Of a DNA stretch of 64,000 nt, positions 48,901 to 60,900 are shown in pieces (position 1 is the stretch's first letter; the number at the start of each line of letters is the position of its first letter). Made by a program: the position numbers and the translations under genes. The stretch spans positions 139,190,001-139,254,000 of the forward strand of contig OZ024743.1 of NCBI GenBank assembly GCA_964016885.1, written 5' to 3'. The stretch is from Eledone cirrhosa. Its lineage: Eukaryota. Under the pieces are notes generated by a model. The model had not been told where the DNA came from. It did not search any database and saw only the letters and a list, made by a program, of their open reading frames with translations.

Positions 48901-51900
48901 TTTGATGTTAGGTTCTTGGTGCTTGGTGTTTGGTGTTTGGTGCTTGGTGCTTGGTGTTTGGTCTTTGGTGCTTGCTGCTTGGTGCCTGGTGTTTTGTGTT
49001 TGGAGTTTGGTGCTTGGTGTTTGGTGCTTGATGCTTGGTGTTTGGTGTTTGGTGTTTGGTGTTTGGTGATTGGTGCTTGGTGTTTGGTGCTTGGTGCTTG
49101 GTGCTTGGTGTTTGGTGTTAGGCGTTTGGTGCTTGGTGCTTGGTATTTGATGTTAGGTTCTTGGTGCTTGGTGTTTGGTGTTTGGTGCTTGGTGCTTGGT
49201 GTTTGGTGTTTGGTGCTTGATGCTTGGTGCTTGGTGTTTTGTGTTTGGAGTTTGGTGCTTGGTGTTTGGTGCTTGGTGCTTGGTGTTTGGTGTTTGGTGT
49301 TTGGTGTTTGGTGATTGGTGTTTGGTGTTTGGTGCTTGGTGTTTGGTGCTTGGTGCTTGGTGCTTGGTCCTTGGTGCTTGGTGCTTGGTGCATAGAGTCT
49401 GGTGCTTGGTGCTTGGTGCTTGTTGTTTGGCGCTTGGTGCTTGGTGATTAATGTTTGGTGCTTGGTGCTTGCGGTTTGGTGTTCGGTGCTTGGGGTTTGA
49501 TGTTTGGTGCTTGGTGCTTGGTGTTTGGTGCTTGGTGCTTGGTGTTTGGTGTTTGGTGTTTGGTGTTTGGTGATTGGTGTTTGGTGTTTGGTGCTTGGTG
49601 TTTGCTGCTTGGTGCTTGGTGTTTGGTGTTTTGTGTTTGGTGCTTGGTGCATGGAGTCTGGTGCTTGGTGCTTGGTGCTTGTTGTTTGGTGCTTGGTGCT
49701 TGGTGATTAGTGTTTGGTGCTTGGTGCTTGCGGTTTGGTGTTCGGTGCTTGGGGTTTGATGTTTGGTGCTTAGTGCTTGGTGTTTGGTGCTTGGTGCTTG
49801 GTGCTTGGTGTTTGGTGCTTGATGCTTGGTGTTTGGTGCTTGGTGCTTGGTGTTTGGTGTTTGGCGTTTGCTGTTTGCTGTTTGGTGTTTGGTGTTTGCT
49901 GTTTGGTGCTTGGTGCTTGGTGTTTGGTGTTTGGTGTTTGGTGCTTGGTGCTTGGTGTTTGGTGCTTGGTGCTTGGTGCTTGGTGCTTGTTGTTTGGTGC
50001 TTGGTGCTTGGTGCTTGGTGTTTGGTGCTTGGTGCTTGGTGCTTGGTGTTTGGTGTTTGGTGCTTGGTGTTTGGTGCTTGGTGTTTGGTGCTTGGTGCTT
50101 GGTGCTTGGTGTTAGGTGTTTGGTGCTTGGTGCTTGGTGTTTGATGTTTGGTCCTTGGTGCTTGTTGTTTGGTGTTTGGTGCTTGGTGCTTGGTGTTTGG
50201 TGTTTGGTGCTTGCTGCTTGCTGCTTGGTGTTTGGTGCTTGGTGATTGGTGCTTGGTGTTTTATGCTTGGTGCTTGGTGTTTGGTGCTAGGGGCTTGGTG
50301 CTAGATGCTTGGTGTTTGGTGCTTGGTGCTTGCTGTTTGGTGTTTGGTGCTTGGTGCGTGGGACTTAGTGTTTGGTGTTTGGTGCTTGGTGTTTTATGCT
50401 TGGTGTTTGGTGCTTGGTGCTTGGTGTTTGGTGTTTGGTGCTTGGTGCTTGGGGCTTGGTGTTTGGTGCTTAGTGTTTGGTGCTTGGTGTTTGGTGCTTG
50501 GTGCTTGGTGCTTTGTGTTTGGTGTATGGTGTTTGGTGCTTGGTGTTTGGTGCTTGGTGCTTGGTGCTGGGTGGTTGGTGTTTGGTGTTTGGTGCTTGGT
50601 GATTGGTGCTTATTGTTTGGTGCTTGGTGCTTGGTGCTTGGTGCTTGGTCTTTGGTGCTTGGTGTTTGGTGTTTGGTGCTTGGTGCTTGGTGCTTGGTGA
50701 TTAGTGTTTGGTGTTTGGTGCTTGGTGTTTGGTGCTTGGTGCTTGGTGCTTGGTGCTGGGTGGTTGGTGTTTGGTGTTTGGTGCTTGGTAATTGGTGCTT
50801 ATTGTTTGGTGCTTGGTGCTTGGTGCTTGGTGCTTGGTCTTTGGTGCTTGGTGTTTGGTGCTTGGTGTTTGGTGTTTGGTGCTTGGTGCTTGGTGCTTGG
50901 TGATTAGTGTTTGGTGTTTGGTGCTTGGTGCCTGGTGCTTGGTGCTTGGTGCTTGTTGTTTGGTGCTTGGTGCTTGGTGATTAGTGTTTGGTGCTTGGTG
51001 CTTGGGGTTTGGTGTTTGGTGCTTGGGGTTTGGTGTTTGGTGCTTGGTGCTTGGTGTTTGGTGCTTGGTGCTTGGTGTTTTGTGCTTGATGCTTTGTGTT
51101 TGGTGCTTGGTGTTTGGTGCTTTGATGCTTGGTGCTTGGTGCTTGGTGTTAGGTGTTTGGTGTTTGGTGCTTGGTGCTTGGTGTTTGGTCTTTGGTGCTT
51201 GCTGCTTGGTGCCTGGTGTTTTGTGTTTGGAGTTTGGTGCTTGGTGTTTGGTGCTTGATGCTTGGTGTTTGGTGTTTGGTGTTTGGTGTTTGGTGATTGG
51301 TGCTTGGTGTTTGGTGCTTGGTGCTTGGTGCTTGGTGTTTGGTGTTAGGCGTTTGGTGCTTGGTGCTTGGTATTTGATGTTAGGTTCTTGGTGCTTGGTG
51401 TTTGTTGTTTGGTGCTTGGTGCTTGGTGTCTGGTGTTTGGTGCTTGATGCTTGGTGCTTGGTGTTATGTGTTTGGAGTTTGGTGCTTGGTGTTTGGTGCT
51501 TGGTGCTTGGTGTTTGGTGTTTGGTGTTTGGTGTTTGGTGATTGGTGTTTGGTGTTTGCTGCTTGGTGTTTGGTGCTTGGTGCTTGGTGCTTGGTCCTTG
51601 GTGCTTGGTGCTTGGTGCATGGAGTCTGGTGCTTGGTGCTTGGTGCTTGTTGTTTGGTGCTTGGTGCTTGGTGATTAGTGTTTGGTGCTTGGTGCTTGCG
51701 GTTTGGTGTTCGGTGCTTAGGGTTTGATGTTTGGTGCTTGGTGCTTGGTGTTTGGTGCTTGGTGCTTGGTGTTTGCTGTTTGGTGTTTGGTGTTTGGTGA
51801 TTGGTGTTTGGTGTTTGGTGCTTGGTGTTTGCTGCTTGGTGCTTGGTGTTTGGTGTTTTGTGTTTGGTGCTTGGTGCATGGAGTCTGGTGCTTGGTGCTT

Positions 51901-54900
51901 GGTGCTTGTTGTTTGGTGCTTGGTGCTTGGTGATTAGTGTTTGGTGCTTGGTGCTTGCGGTTTGGTGTTCGGTGCTTGGGGTTTGATGTTTGGTGCTTGG
52001 TGCTTGGTGTTTGGTGCTTGGTGCTTGGTGCTTGGTGTTTGGTGCTTGGTGCTTGGTGTTTGGTGCTTGGTGCTTGGTGTTTGGTGTTTGGCGTTTGCTG
52101 TTTGCTGTTTGGTGTTTGGTGTTTGCTGTTTGGTGCTTGGTGCTTGGTGTTTGGTGTTTGGTGTTTGGTGCTTGGTGCTTGGTGTTTGGTGCTTGGTGCT
52201 TGGTGCTTGGTGCTTGTTGTTTGGTGCTTGGTGCTTGGTGCTTGGTGTTTGGTGCTTGGTGCTTGGTGCTTGGTGTTTGGTGTTTGGTGCTTGGTGTTTG
52301 GTGCTTGGTGTTTGGTGCTTGGTGCTTGGTGCTTGGTGTTAGGTGTTTGGTGCTTGGTGCTTGGTGTTTGATGTTTGGTCCTTGGTGCTTGTTGTTTGGT
52401 GTTTGGTGCTTGGTGCTTGGTGTTTGGTGTTTGGTGCTTGCTGCTTGCTGCTTGGTGTTTGGTGCTTGGTGATTGGTGCTTGGTGTTTTATGCTTGGTGC
52501 TTGGTGTTTGGTGCTAGGGGCTTGGTGCTAGATGCTTGGTGTTTGGTGCTTGGTGCTTGCTGTTTGGTGTTTGGTGCTTGGTGCGTGGGACTTAGTGTTT
52601 GGTGTTTGGTGCTTGGTGTTTTGTGCTTGGTGTTTGGTGCTTGGTGCTTGGTGTTTGGTGTTTGGTGCTTGGTGCTTGGGGCTTGGTGTTTGGTGCTTAG
52701 TGTTTGGTGCTTGGTGTTTGGTGCTTGGTGCTTGGTGCTTTGTGTTTGGTGTATGGTGTTTGGTGCTTGGTGTTTGGTGCTTGGTGCTTGGTGCTGGGTG
52801 GTTGGTGTTTGGTGTTTGGCGCTTGGTGATTGGTGCTTATTGTTTGGTGCTTGGTGCTTGGTGCTTGGTGCTTGGTCTTTGGTGCTTGGTGTTTGGTGTT
52901 TGGTGCTTGGTGCTTGGTGCTTGGTGATTAGTGTTTGGTGTTTGGTGCTTGGTGTTTGGTGCTTGGTGCTTGGTGCTGGGTGGTTGGTGTTTGGTGTTTG
53001 GTGCTTGGTGATTGGTGCTTATTGTTTGGTGCTTGGTGCTTGGTGCTTGGTGCTTGGTCTTTGGTGCTTGGTGTTTGGTGCTTGGTGTTTGGTGTTTGGT
53101 GCTTGGTACTTGGTGCTTGGTGATTAGTGTTTGGTGCTTGGTGCTTGGTGCCTGGTGCTTGGTGCTTGGTGCTTGTTGTTTGGTGCTTGGTGCTTGGTGA
53201 TTAGTGTTTGGTGCTTGGTGCTTGGGGTTTGGTGTTTGGTGCTTGGGGTTTGGTGTTTGGTGCTTGGTGCTTGGTGTTTGGTGCTTGGTGCTTGGTGTTT
53301 GGTGCTTGGTGCTTTGTGTTTGGTGCTTGGTGTTTGGTGCTTTGATGCTTGGTGCTTGGTGCTTGGTGTTAGGTGTTTGGTGCTTGGTGATTGGTGTTTG
53401 ATGTTAGGTTCTTGGTGCTTGGTGTTTGGTGTTTGGTGCTTGGTGCTTGGTGTTTGGTCTTTGGTGCTTGCTGCTTGGTGCCTGGTGTTTTGTGTTTGGA
53501 GTTTGGTGCTTGGTGTTTGATGCTTGATGCTTGGTGTTTGGTGTTTGGTGTTTGGTGTTTGGTGATTGGTGCTTGGTGTTTGGTGCTTGGTGCTTGGTGC
53601 TTGGTGTTTGGTGTTAGGCGTTTGGTGCTTGGTGCTTGGTATTTGATGTTAGGTTCTTGGTGCTTGGTGTTTGGTGTTTGGTGCTTGGTGCTTGGTGTTT
53701 GGTGTTTGGTGCTTGATGCTTGGTGCTTGGTGTTTTGTGTTTGGAGTTTGGTGCTTGGTGTTTGGTGCTTGGTGCTTGGTGTTTGGTGTTTGGTGTTTGG
53801 TGTTTGGTGATTGGTGTTTGGTGTTTGGTGCTTGGTGTTTGGTGCTTGGTGCTTGGTGCTTGGTCCTTGGTGCTTGGTGTTTGGTATTTGGAGCTTGGTG
53901 CTTGGTGTTTGGTGTTTGGTGCTTGCTGCTTGCTGCTTGGTGTTTGGTGCTAGGGACTTGGTGCTTGGTGCTTGGTGTTTGGTGCTTGGTGTTTGGTGTT
54001 TGGTGCTTGGTGCGTGGGACTTGGTGTTTGGTGCTTGGTGTTTGGTGCTTGGTGTTTGGTGCTTGGTGCCTGGTGCTTGGTGTTTGGTGTTTGGTGCTTG
54101 GTGTTTGGTGCTTGGTGTTTTGTAGTTGGTGTTCGGTGCTTGGTGCTTGGTGCTTGGTGCTTGGTGTTTGGTGTTTGGTGCTTGGTGCTTGGTGTTTGAT
54201 GTTTGGTCCTTGGTGCTTGGTGTTTGGTGTTGTGTGCTTGGTGCTTGGTGCTTGGTGTTTGGTGCTTGGTGCTTGGTGCTTGGTGTTTGGCGTTTGCTGT
54301 TTGCTGTTTGGTGTTTGGTGTTTGCTGTTTGGTGTTTGCTGTTTGGTGTTTGGTGTTTGGTGCTTGGTGCTTGGTGTTTGGTGTTGTGTGCTTGGTGCTT
54401 GGTGCTTGGTGTTTGGTGTTTGGTGCTTGGTGCTTGGTGTTTGGCGCTTGGTGATTGGTGCTTGGTGCTTGGTGTTTGGTGCTTGCTGCTTGGTGCTTGG
54501 TGTTTGGTGCTTGGTGCTTGGTGATTAGTGTTTGGTGATTGGTGCTTCGGGTTTGGTGTTTGGGGCTTGGTGTTTGGTGCTTGGTGCTTGCTGTTTGGTG
54601 ATTGGTGTTTGGTTCTTGGTGCTTGGTGTTTGGTGTTTGGTGTTTGGTGCTTGGTGCTTGGTGCTTGGTGTTTGGTGCTTGGTGCTTGGTGCTTGGTGCT
54701 TGGTGTTTGGTGCTGCGTGCTTGGTGTTTGGTGTTTGGTGCTTGGTGCCTGGTGATTGTTGTTTGGTGTTTGGTGCTTAGTGCTTGGTGTTTGGTGTTTG
54801 GTGCTTGGTGCTTGGTGGCTAGTGTTTGGTGCTTGGTGTTTGGAGTTTGGTGCTTGGTGCTTGGTGCCTGGTGTTTCGTGCTTGGTGCTTGGTGCTTGGT

Positions 54901-55600
54901 ATTTGGTGTATGGTGCTTGGTGTTTGGTGTTTGGTACTTGGTGCTTAGTGCTTGGTGCTTGGTGTTTGGTGCTTGGTGTTTGATGCTGCGTGCTTGGTGT
55001 TTGGTGTTTGGTGCTTGGTGCTTGGTGTTTGGTGTTTGGAGCTTGGTGCCTGGTGCTTGTTGTTTGGTGTTTGGCGCTTGGTGCTTGGTGTTTGGTGTTT
55101 GGTGCTTGGTGCTTGGTGCTTGGTATCTGGTGTTTGGTGCTTGATGTTTGGTGTTTGGTGCTTGGTGTTTGGTGTTTGGTGCTTGGTGCTTGGTGTTTGG
55201 TGCTTGGTGTTTGGTGCTTGGTGTTTGATGCTTGGTGTTTGCTGCTTGGTGCTTGGTGCTTGGTGTTTTGTGTTTGGTGCTTGGTGCATGGAGTCTGGTG
55301 CTTGGTGCTTGGTGCTTGTTGTTTGGTGCTTGGTGCTTGGTGATTAGTGTTTGGTGCTTGATGCTTGCGGTTTGGTGTTCGGTGCTTGGGGTTTGATGTT
55401 TGGTGCTTGGTGCTTGGTGTTTGGTGCTTGGTGCTTGGTGCTTGGTGTTTGGTGCTTGGTGCTTGGTGTTTGGTGCTTGGTGCTTGGTGTTTGGTGTTTG
55501 GCGTTTGCTGTTTGCTGTTTGGTGTTTGGTGTTTGCTGTTTGGTGCTTGGTGCTTGGTGTTTGGTGTTTGGTGTTTGGTGCTTGGTGCTTGGTGTTTGGT
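45940..55600 (+). repeat. Direct repeats of about 1.7 kb (about 45.9-47.7 kb and 53.9-55.6 kb, offset 7885) bracketing domain C
   Basis: ORF pairs 46643/54528, 46717/54602, 46871/54756, 47060/54945, 47105/54990; shared TTGGTGG-CTAGTGT variant. 7885 mod 7 = 3, matching the three 8-nt units in between. Confidence 0.85.
47345..53878 (+). repeat. HOR domain C: unit of about 2.23-2.25 kb, about 2.9 tandem copies, containing a 259-bp internal repeat
   Basis: Offsets 2248 and 2227 for ORFs 47462/49710/51937, 47900/50148/52375, 48057/50305/52532. 8-nt unit TTTGATGC at 48845, 51121, 53341. GCATGGAGTCTGG at 47401, 49390 (variant), 49649, 51617, 51876. Confidence 0.9.
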
Positions 55601-57949
55601 GCTTGGTGCTTGGTGCTGGGTGTTTGGTGCTTGGTGCTTGGTGTTTGGTTGTTGGTGCTTGGTGCTTGGTGTTTGGTCCTTGGTGCTTGGTGCTTGGTCT
55701 TTGGTGCTTGGGTTTTGGTGTTTGGTGCTTGGTGCTTGGTGTTTGGTGCTTGGTTCTTGGTGCTTGGTGCTTGGTGTTTGGTGATTGCTGCTTGGTGCTT
55801 GGTGTTTGGTGCTTGGTGCTTGGTGATTAGTGTTTGGTGATTGGTGCTTGGGGTTTGCTGTTTGGTGCTTGGTGTTTGGTGCTTGGTGCTTGCTGTTTGG
55901 TGTTTGGTGTTTGGTTCTTGGTGCTTGGTGTTTGGTGTTTGGTGTTTGGTGCTTGGTCCTTGGTGCTTGGTGTTTGGTGCTTGGTGCTTGGTGCTTGGTG
56001 TTTGGTGCTGCGTGCTTGGTGTTTGGTGTTTGGTGCTTGGTGCCTGGTGCTTGTTGTTTGGTGTTTGGTGCTTAGTGCATGGTGTTTGGTGTTTGGTGCT
56101 TGGTGCTTGGTGGCTGGTGCTTGGTGTTTGGTGTTTGGAGTTTGGTGCTTGGTGCTTGGTGCCTGGTGTTTCGTGCTTGGTGCTTGGTGTTTGGTGTTTG
56201 GTGCTTGGTGCTTGGTGTTTGGTGTTTGGAGCTTGGTGCCTGCTGCTTGTTGTTTGGTGTTTGGTGCTTGGTGCTTGGTGTTTGGTGTTTGGTGCTTGGT
56301 GCTTGATGCTTGGTATCTGGTGTTTGGTGCTTGATGTTTGGTGTTTGGTGCTTGGTGCTTGGTGCTTGGTGTTTGGTGTTTGGTGCTTGGTGCTTGGTGT
56401 TTGGTGCTTGGTGTTTGGTGTTTGGTGTTTGATGCTTGGTGTTTGCTGCTTGGTGCTTGGTGCTTGGTGTTTTGTGTTTGGTGCTTGGTGCTTGGTGCCT
56501 GGTGCTTGGTGCTTGGTGCTTGTTGTTTGGTGCTTGGTGCTTGGTGCTTGGTGTTTGGTGCTTGGTGCTTGGTGCTTGGTGTTTGGTGCTTGGTGCTTGG
56601 TGTTTGGTGCTTGGTGCTTGGTGTTTGGTGCTTGGTGTTTGGTGCTTGGTGCTTGGTGCTTGGTGCTTGGAGTTAGGTGTTTGGTGCTTGGTGCTTGGTG
56701 TTTGATGGTTGGTCCTTGGTGCTTGGGGTTTGGTGTTTGGTGCTTGGTGCTTGGTGTTTGGTGTTTGGTGCTTGCTGCTTGCTGCTTGGTGTTTGGTGCT
56801 TGGTGATTGGTGCTTGGTGTTTTGTGCTTGGTGCTTGGTGTTTGGTGTTTGGTGCTAGGGGCTTGGTGCTTGGTGCTTGGTGTTTGGTGCTTGGTGCTTG
56901 CTGTTTGGTGTTTGGTGCTTGGTGCGTGGGACTTAGTGTTTGGTGTTTGGTGCTTGGTGTTTGGTGCTTGGTGTTTGGTGCTTGGTGTTTGGGGCTTGGT
57001 GTTCGGTGCTTGGTGCTTGGTGCTTGGGGCTTGGTGTTTGGTGCTTGGTGCTTGGTGCTTGGTGTTTGATGTTGGGTCCTTGGTGCTTGGTGTTTGGTGT
57101 GTGGTGCTGGTGTTTGGTGTTTGGTGCTTGGTGCTTGGTGTTTGGTGTTTGGTGCTTGGTGCTTGGGGCTTGGTGTTTGGTGCTTGGTGCTTGGTGTTTG
57201 GTGCTTCTGCTTGGGGCTTGGTAGTTGGTGCTTGGTGCTTGGTGCCTGGTGTTTGGTGTTTGGTGTATGGTGCTTGGTGCTTGGTGCTGGGTGGTTGGTG
57301 TTTGGTGCTTGGTGCTTGGTGTTTGGTGCTTGGTGCTTGGTGCTTGTTGTTTGGTGCTTGGTGCTTGGTGCTTGGTCTTTGGTGCATGGTGTTTGGTGTT
57401 TGGCGCTTGGTGCTTGGTGCTTCGTGATTGGTGCTTGGTGCTTGGTGCTTGGTGTTTGGTGCTTGGTGCTTGGTGATTAGTGTTTGTTGCTTGGTGCTTG
57501 GGGTTTGGTGGTTGGTGCTTGGTGCTTGGTGTTTGGTGTTTGGTGTTTGGTGTTTGCTGTTTGCTGTTTGGTGTCTGCTTTTTAGTGTTTGGTGTTTGCT
57601 GTATGGTGTTTGCTGTTTCGTATTTGGTTTTTGCTGTTTGGTGTTTGGTGTTTGCTGTTTGGTGTTTGGTGTTTGGTGCTTGGTGCTTGGTGTTTGGCTT
57701 TGGTGCTTGGTGCTTGGTGTTTGGTGCTTGGTGCTTGGTGTTTGGTGCTTGGTGCTTGGTGCTTGTTGTTTGGTGCTTGGTGCTTGGTGCTTGGTCTTTG
57801 GTGCATGGTGTTTGGTGTTTGGTGCTTGGTGCCTGGTGCTTGTTGTATGGTGTTTGGTGCTTGGTGCTTGGTGTTTGGTGTTTGCTGCTTGGTGTCTGGT
57901 GTTTGGTGCTTGGTGTTTGGTGTTTGGTGCTTGGTGCTTGGTGCTTGGT

Positions 57950-60900
57950 GTTTGGTGTTTGGTGCTTGGTGCTTGGTGTTTGGTGTTTGGTGCTGGGTGC
58001 ATGGAGTTTGGTGCTTGGTGCTTAGTGCTTGGTGTTTGGTGTTTGGTGCTTGGTATTTGGTGTTTGGTGTTTGATGCTTGGTGCGTGGTGCTTGGTGCTT
58101 CGTGTTTTGTGTTTGGTGCTTGGTGCTTGGTGCCTGGTGCTTGGTGCTTGGTGATTAGTGTTTGGTGCTTGGTGCTTGGTGTTTGGTGCTTGGTGTTTGG
58201 TGCTTGGTGCCTGGTGCTTGGTGTTTGGTGTTTGATGCTTGGTGTTTGGTGTTTGGTGTTTGGTACTTGGTGTTCGGTGCTTGGTGCTTGGTGCTTGGTG
58301 CTTGGTGTTTGGTGTTTGGTGCTTGGTGCTTGGTGTTTTATGTTTGGTCCTTGGTGCTTGGTGTTTGGTGTTGTGTGCTTGGTGCTTGGTGCTTGGTGTT
58401 TGGTGCTTGGTGCTTGGTGCTTGGTGTTTGGCGTTTGCTGTTTGCTGTTTGGTGTTTGGTGTTTGCTGTTTGGTGTTTGCTGTTTGGTGCTTGGTGCTTG
58501 GTGTTTGGTGTTTGGTGCTTGGTGTTTGGTGCTTGGTGCTTGGTGCTGGGTGTTTGGTGCTTGGTGCTTGGTGTTTGGTTCTTGGTGATTGGTGCTTGGT
58601 GTTTGGTCCTTGGTGCTTGGTGCTTGGTCTTTGGTGCTTGGGTTTTGGTGTTTGGTGCTTGGTGCTTGGTGTTTGGTGCTTGGTGTTTGGTGCTTGGTGC
58701 TTGGTTATTAGTGTTTGGTGATTGGTGCTTGGGGTTTGGTGTTTGGGGCTTGGTGTTTGGTGCTTAGTGCTTGCTGTTTGGTGTTTGGTGTTTGGTTCTT
58801 GGTGCTTGGTGTTTGGTGTTTGGTGTTTGGTGCTTGGTGCTTGGTGCTTGGTGTTTGGTGCTTGGTGCTTGGTGCTTGGTGTTTGGTGCTGCGTGTTTGG
58901 TGTTTGGTGTTTGGTGCTGGGTGCCTGGTGCTTGTTGTTTGGTGTTTGGTGCTTAGTGCTTGGTGTTTGGTGTTTGGTGCTTGGTGCTTGGTGGCTGGTG
59001 TTTGGTGCTTGGTGTTTGGAGTTTGGTGCTTGGTGCTTGGTGCCTGGTGTTTCGTGCTTGGTGCTTGGTGCTTGGTGTTTGATGTTTGGTGCTTGGTGTT
59101 TGGTGTTTGGTACTTGGTGCTTGGTGCTTGGTGCTTGGTGTTTGGTGCTTGGTGTTTGATGCTGCGTGCTTGGTGTTTGGTGTTTGGTGCTTGGTGCTTG
59201 GTGTTTGGTGTTTGGAGCTTGGTGCCTGGTGCTTGTTGTTTGGTGTTTGGCGCTTGGTGCTTGGTGTTTGGTGTTTGGCGCTTGGTGCTTGGTGTTTGGT
59301 GTTTGGTGCTTGGTGCTTGGTGCTTGGTATCTGGTGTTTGGTGCTTGATGTTTGGTGTTTGGTGCTTGGTGTTTGGTGTTTGGTGCTTGGTGTTTGGTGC
59401 TTGGTGTTTGGTGTTTGGTGTTTGATGCTTGGTGTTTGCTGCTTGGTGCTTGGTGCTTGGTGTTTTGTGTTTGGTGCTTGGTGCTTGGTGCCTGGTGCTT
59501 GGTGCTTGGTGCTTGTTGTTTGGTTCTTGGTGCTTGGTGATTAGTGTTTGGTGCTTGGTGCTTGCTGATTGGTGTTTGGTGTTCGGTTCTTGGTGCTTGG
59601 TGTATGGTGTTTAGTGTCTGGTGCTTGGTGCTTGGTGCTTGGTGTTTGGTGCTTGGTGCTTGGTGCTTGGTGTTTGGTGCTGTGTGCTTGGTCTTTGGTG
59701 TTTGGTGTTTGGTGCCTGGTGCTTGTTGTTTGGTGTTTGGTGCTTAGTGCTTGGTGTTTGGTGTTTGGTGCTTGGTGCTTGGTGGCTGGTGCTTGCTGCT
59801 TGGTGTTTGGAGTTTGGTGCTTGGTGCTTGGTGCCTGGTGTTTCGTGCTTGGTGCTTGGTGCTTGGTGTTTGGTGTTTGGTGCTTGGTGTTTGGTGTTTG
59901 GTGCTTGGTGTTTGGTGTTTGGTGTTTGGTGCTTGGTGTTTGGTGCTTGGTGCTTGGTGCTGGGTGTTTGGTGCTTGGTGCTTGGTGTTTGGTGCTTGGT
60001 GCTTGGTGCTTGGTTTTTGGTCCTTGGTGCTTGGTGCTTGGTCTTTGGTGCTTGGGTTTTGGTGTTTGGTGCTTGGTGCTTGGTGTTTGGTGCTTGGTGC
60101 TTGGTGCTTGGTGCTTGGTGTTTGGTGCTTGGTGCTTGGTGTTTGGTGTTTGGTGCTGGGTGCATGGAGTTTGGTGCTTCGTGCTTGTGCTTGGTGTTTG
60201 GTGTTTGGTGCTTGGTATTTGGTGTTTGGTGTTTGATGCTTGGTTTGTGGTGCTTGGTGCTTGGTGTTTTGTGTTTGGTGCTTGGTGCTTGGTGTTTGAT
60301 GTCTGGTCCTTGGTGCTTGGTGTTTGGTGATTGGTGCTTGGTGCCTGGTGCTTGGTGCTTGGTGCTTGTTGTTTGGTGCTTGGTGCTTGGTGATTAGTGT
60401 TTGGTGCTTGGTGCTTGGTGTTTGGTGCTTGGTGTTTGGTGCTTGGTGCCTGGTGCTTGGTGTTTGGTGTTTGATGCTTGGTGTTTGGTGTTTGGTGTTT
60501 GGTACTTGGTGTTCGGTGCTTGGTGCTTGGTGCTTGGTGCTTGGTGTATGGTGTTTGGTGCTTGGTGCTTGGTGTTTGATGTTTGGTCCTTGGTGCTTGG
60601 TGTTTGGTGTTGTGTGCTTGGTGCTTGGTGCTTGATGTTTGGTGCTTGGTGCTTGGTGCTTGGTGTTTGGCGTTTGCTGTTTGCTGTTTGGTGTTTGGTG
60701 TTTGCTGTTTGGTGTTTGCTGTTTGGTGCTTGGTGCTTGGTGTTTGGTGTTAGGTGCTTGGTGTTTGGTGCTTGGTGCTTGGTGCTGAGTGTTTGGTGCT
60801 TGGTGCTTGGTGTTTGGTGTTTGGTGATTGGTGCTTGGTGTTTGGTCCTTGGTGCTTGGTGCTTGGTCTTTGGTGCTTGGGTTTTGGTGTTTGGTGCTTG

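Noticed and set aside
45940-55600. LTR-retroelement-like arrangement of long direct repeats around an internal region
   Set aside because: The flanks and interior are all the same satellite, with no gag/pol, primer-binding site, polypurine tract or target-site duplication.
53950-58002. 1350-aa minus-strand ORF of KHQAPST/KHQTPNT repeats, mucin-like in appearance (also the 657-, 613-, 487- and 408-aa ORFs)
   Set aside because: The minus strand is almost T-free, so stop codons are rare and long open frames are expected. There is no signal peptide or non-repetitive terminus, and homologous modules are broken in other copies.
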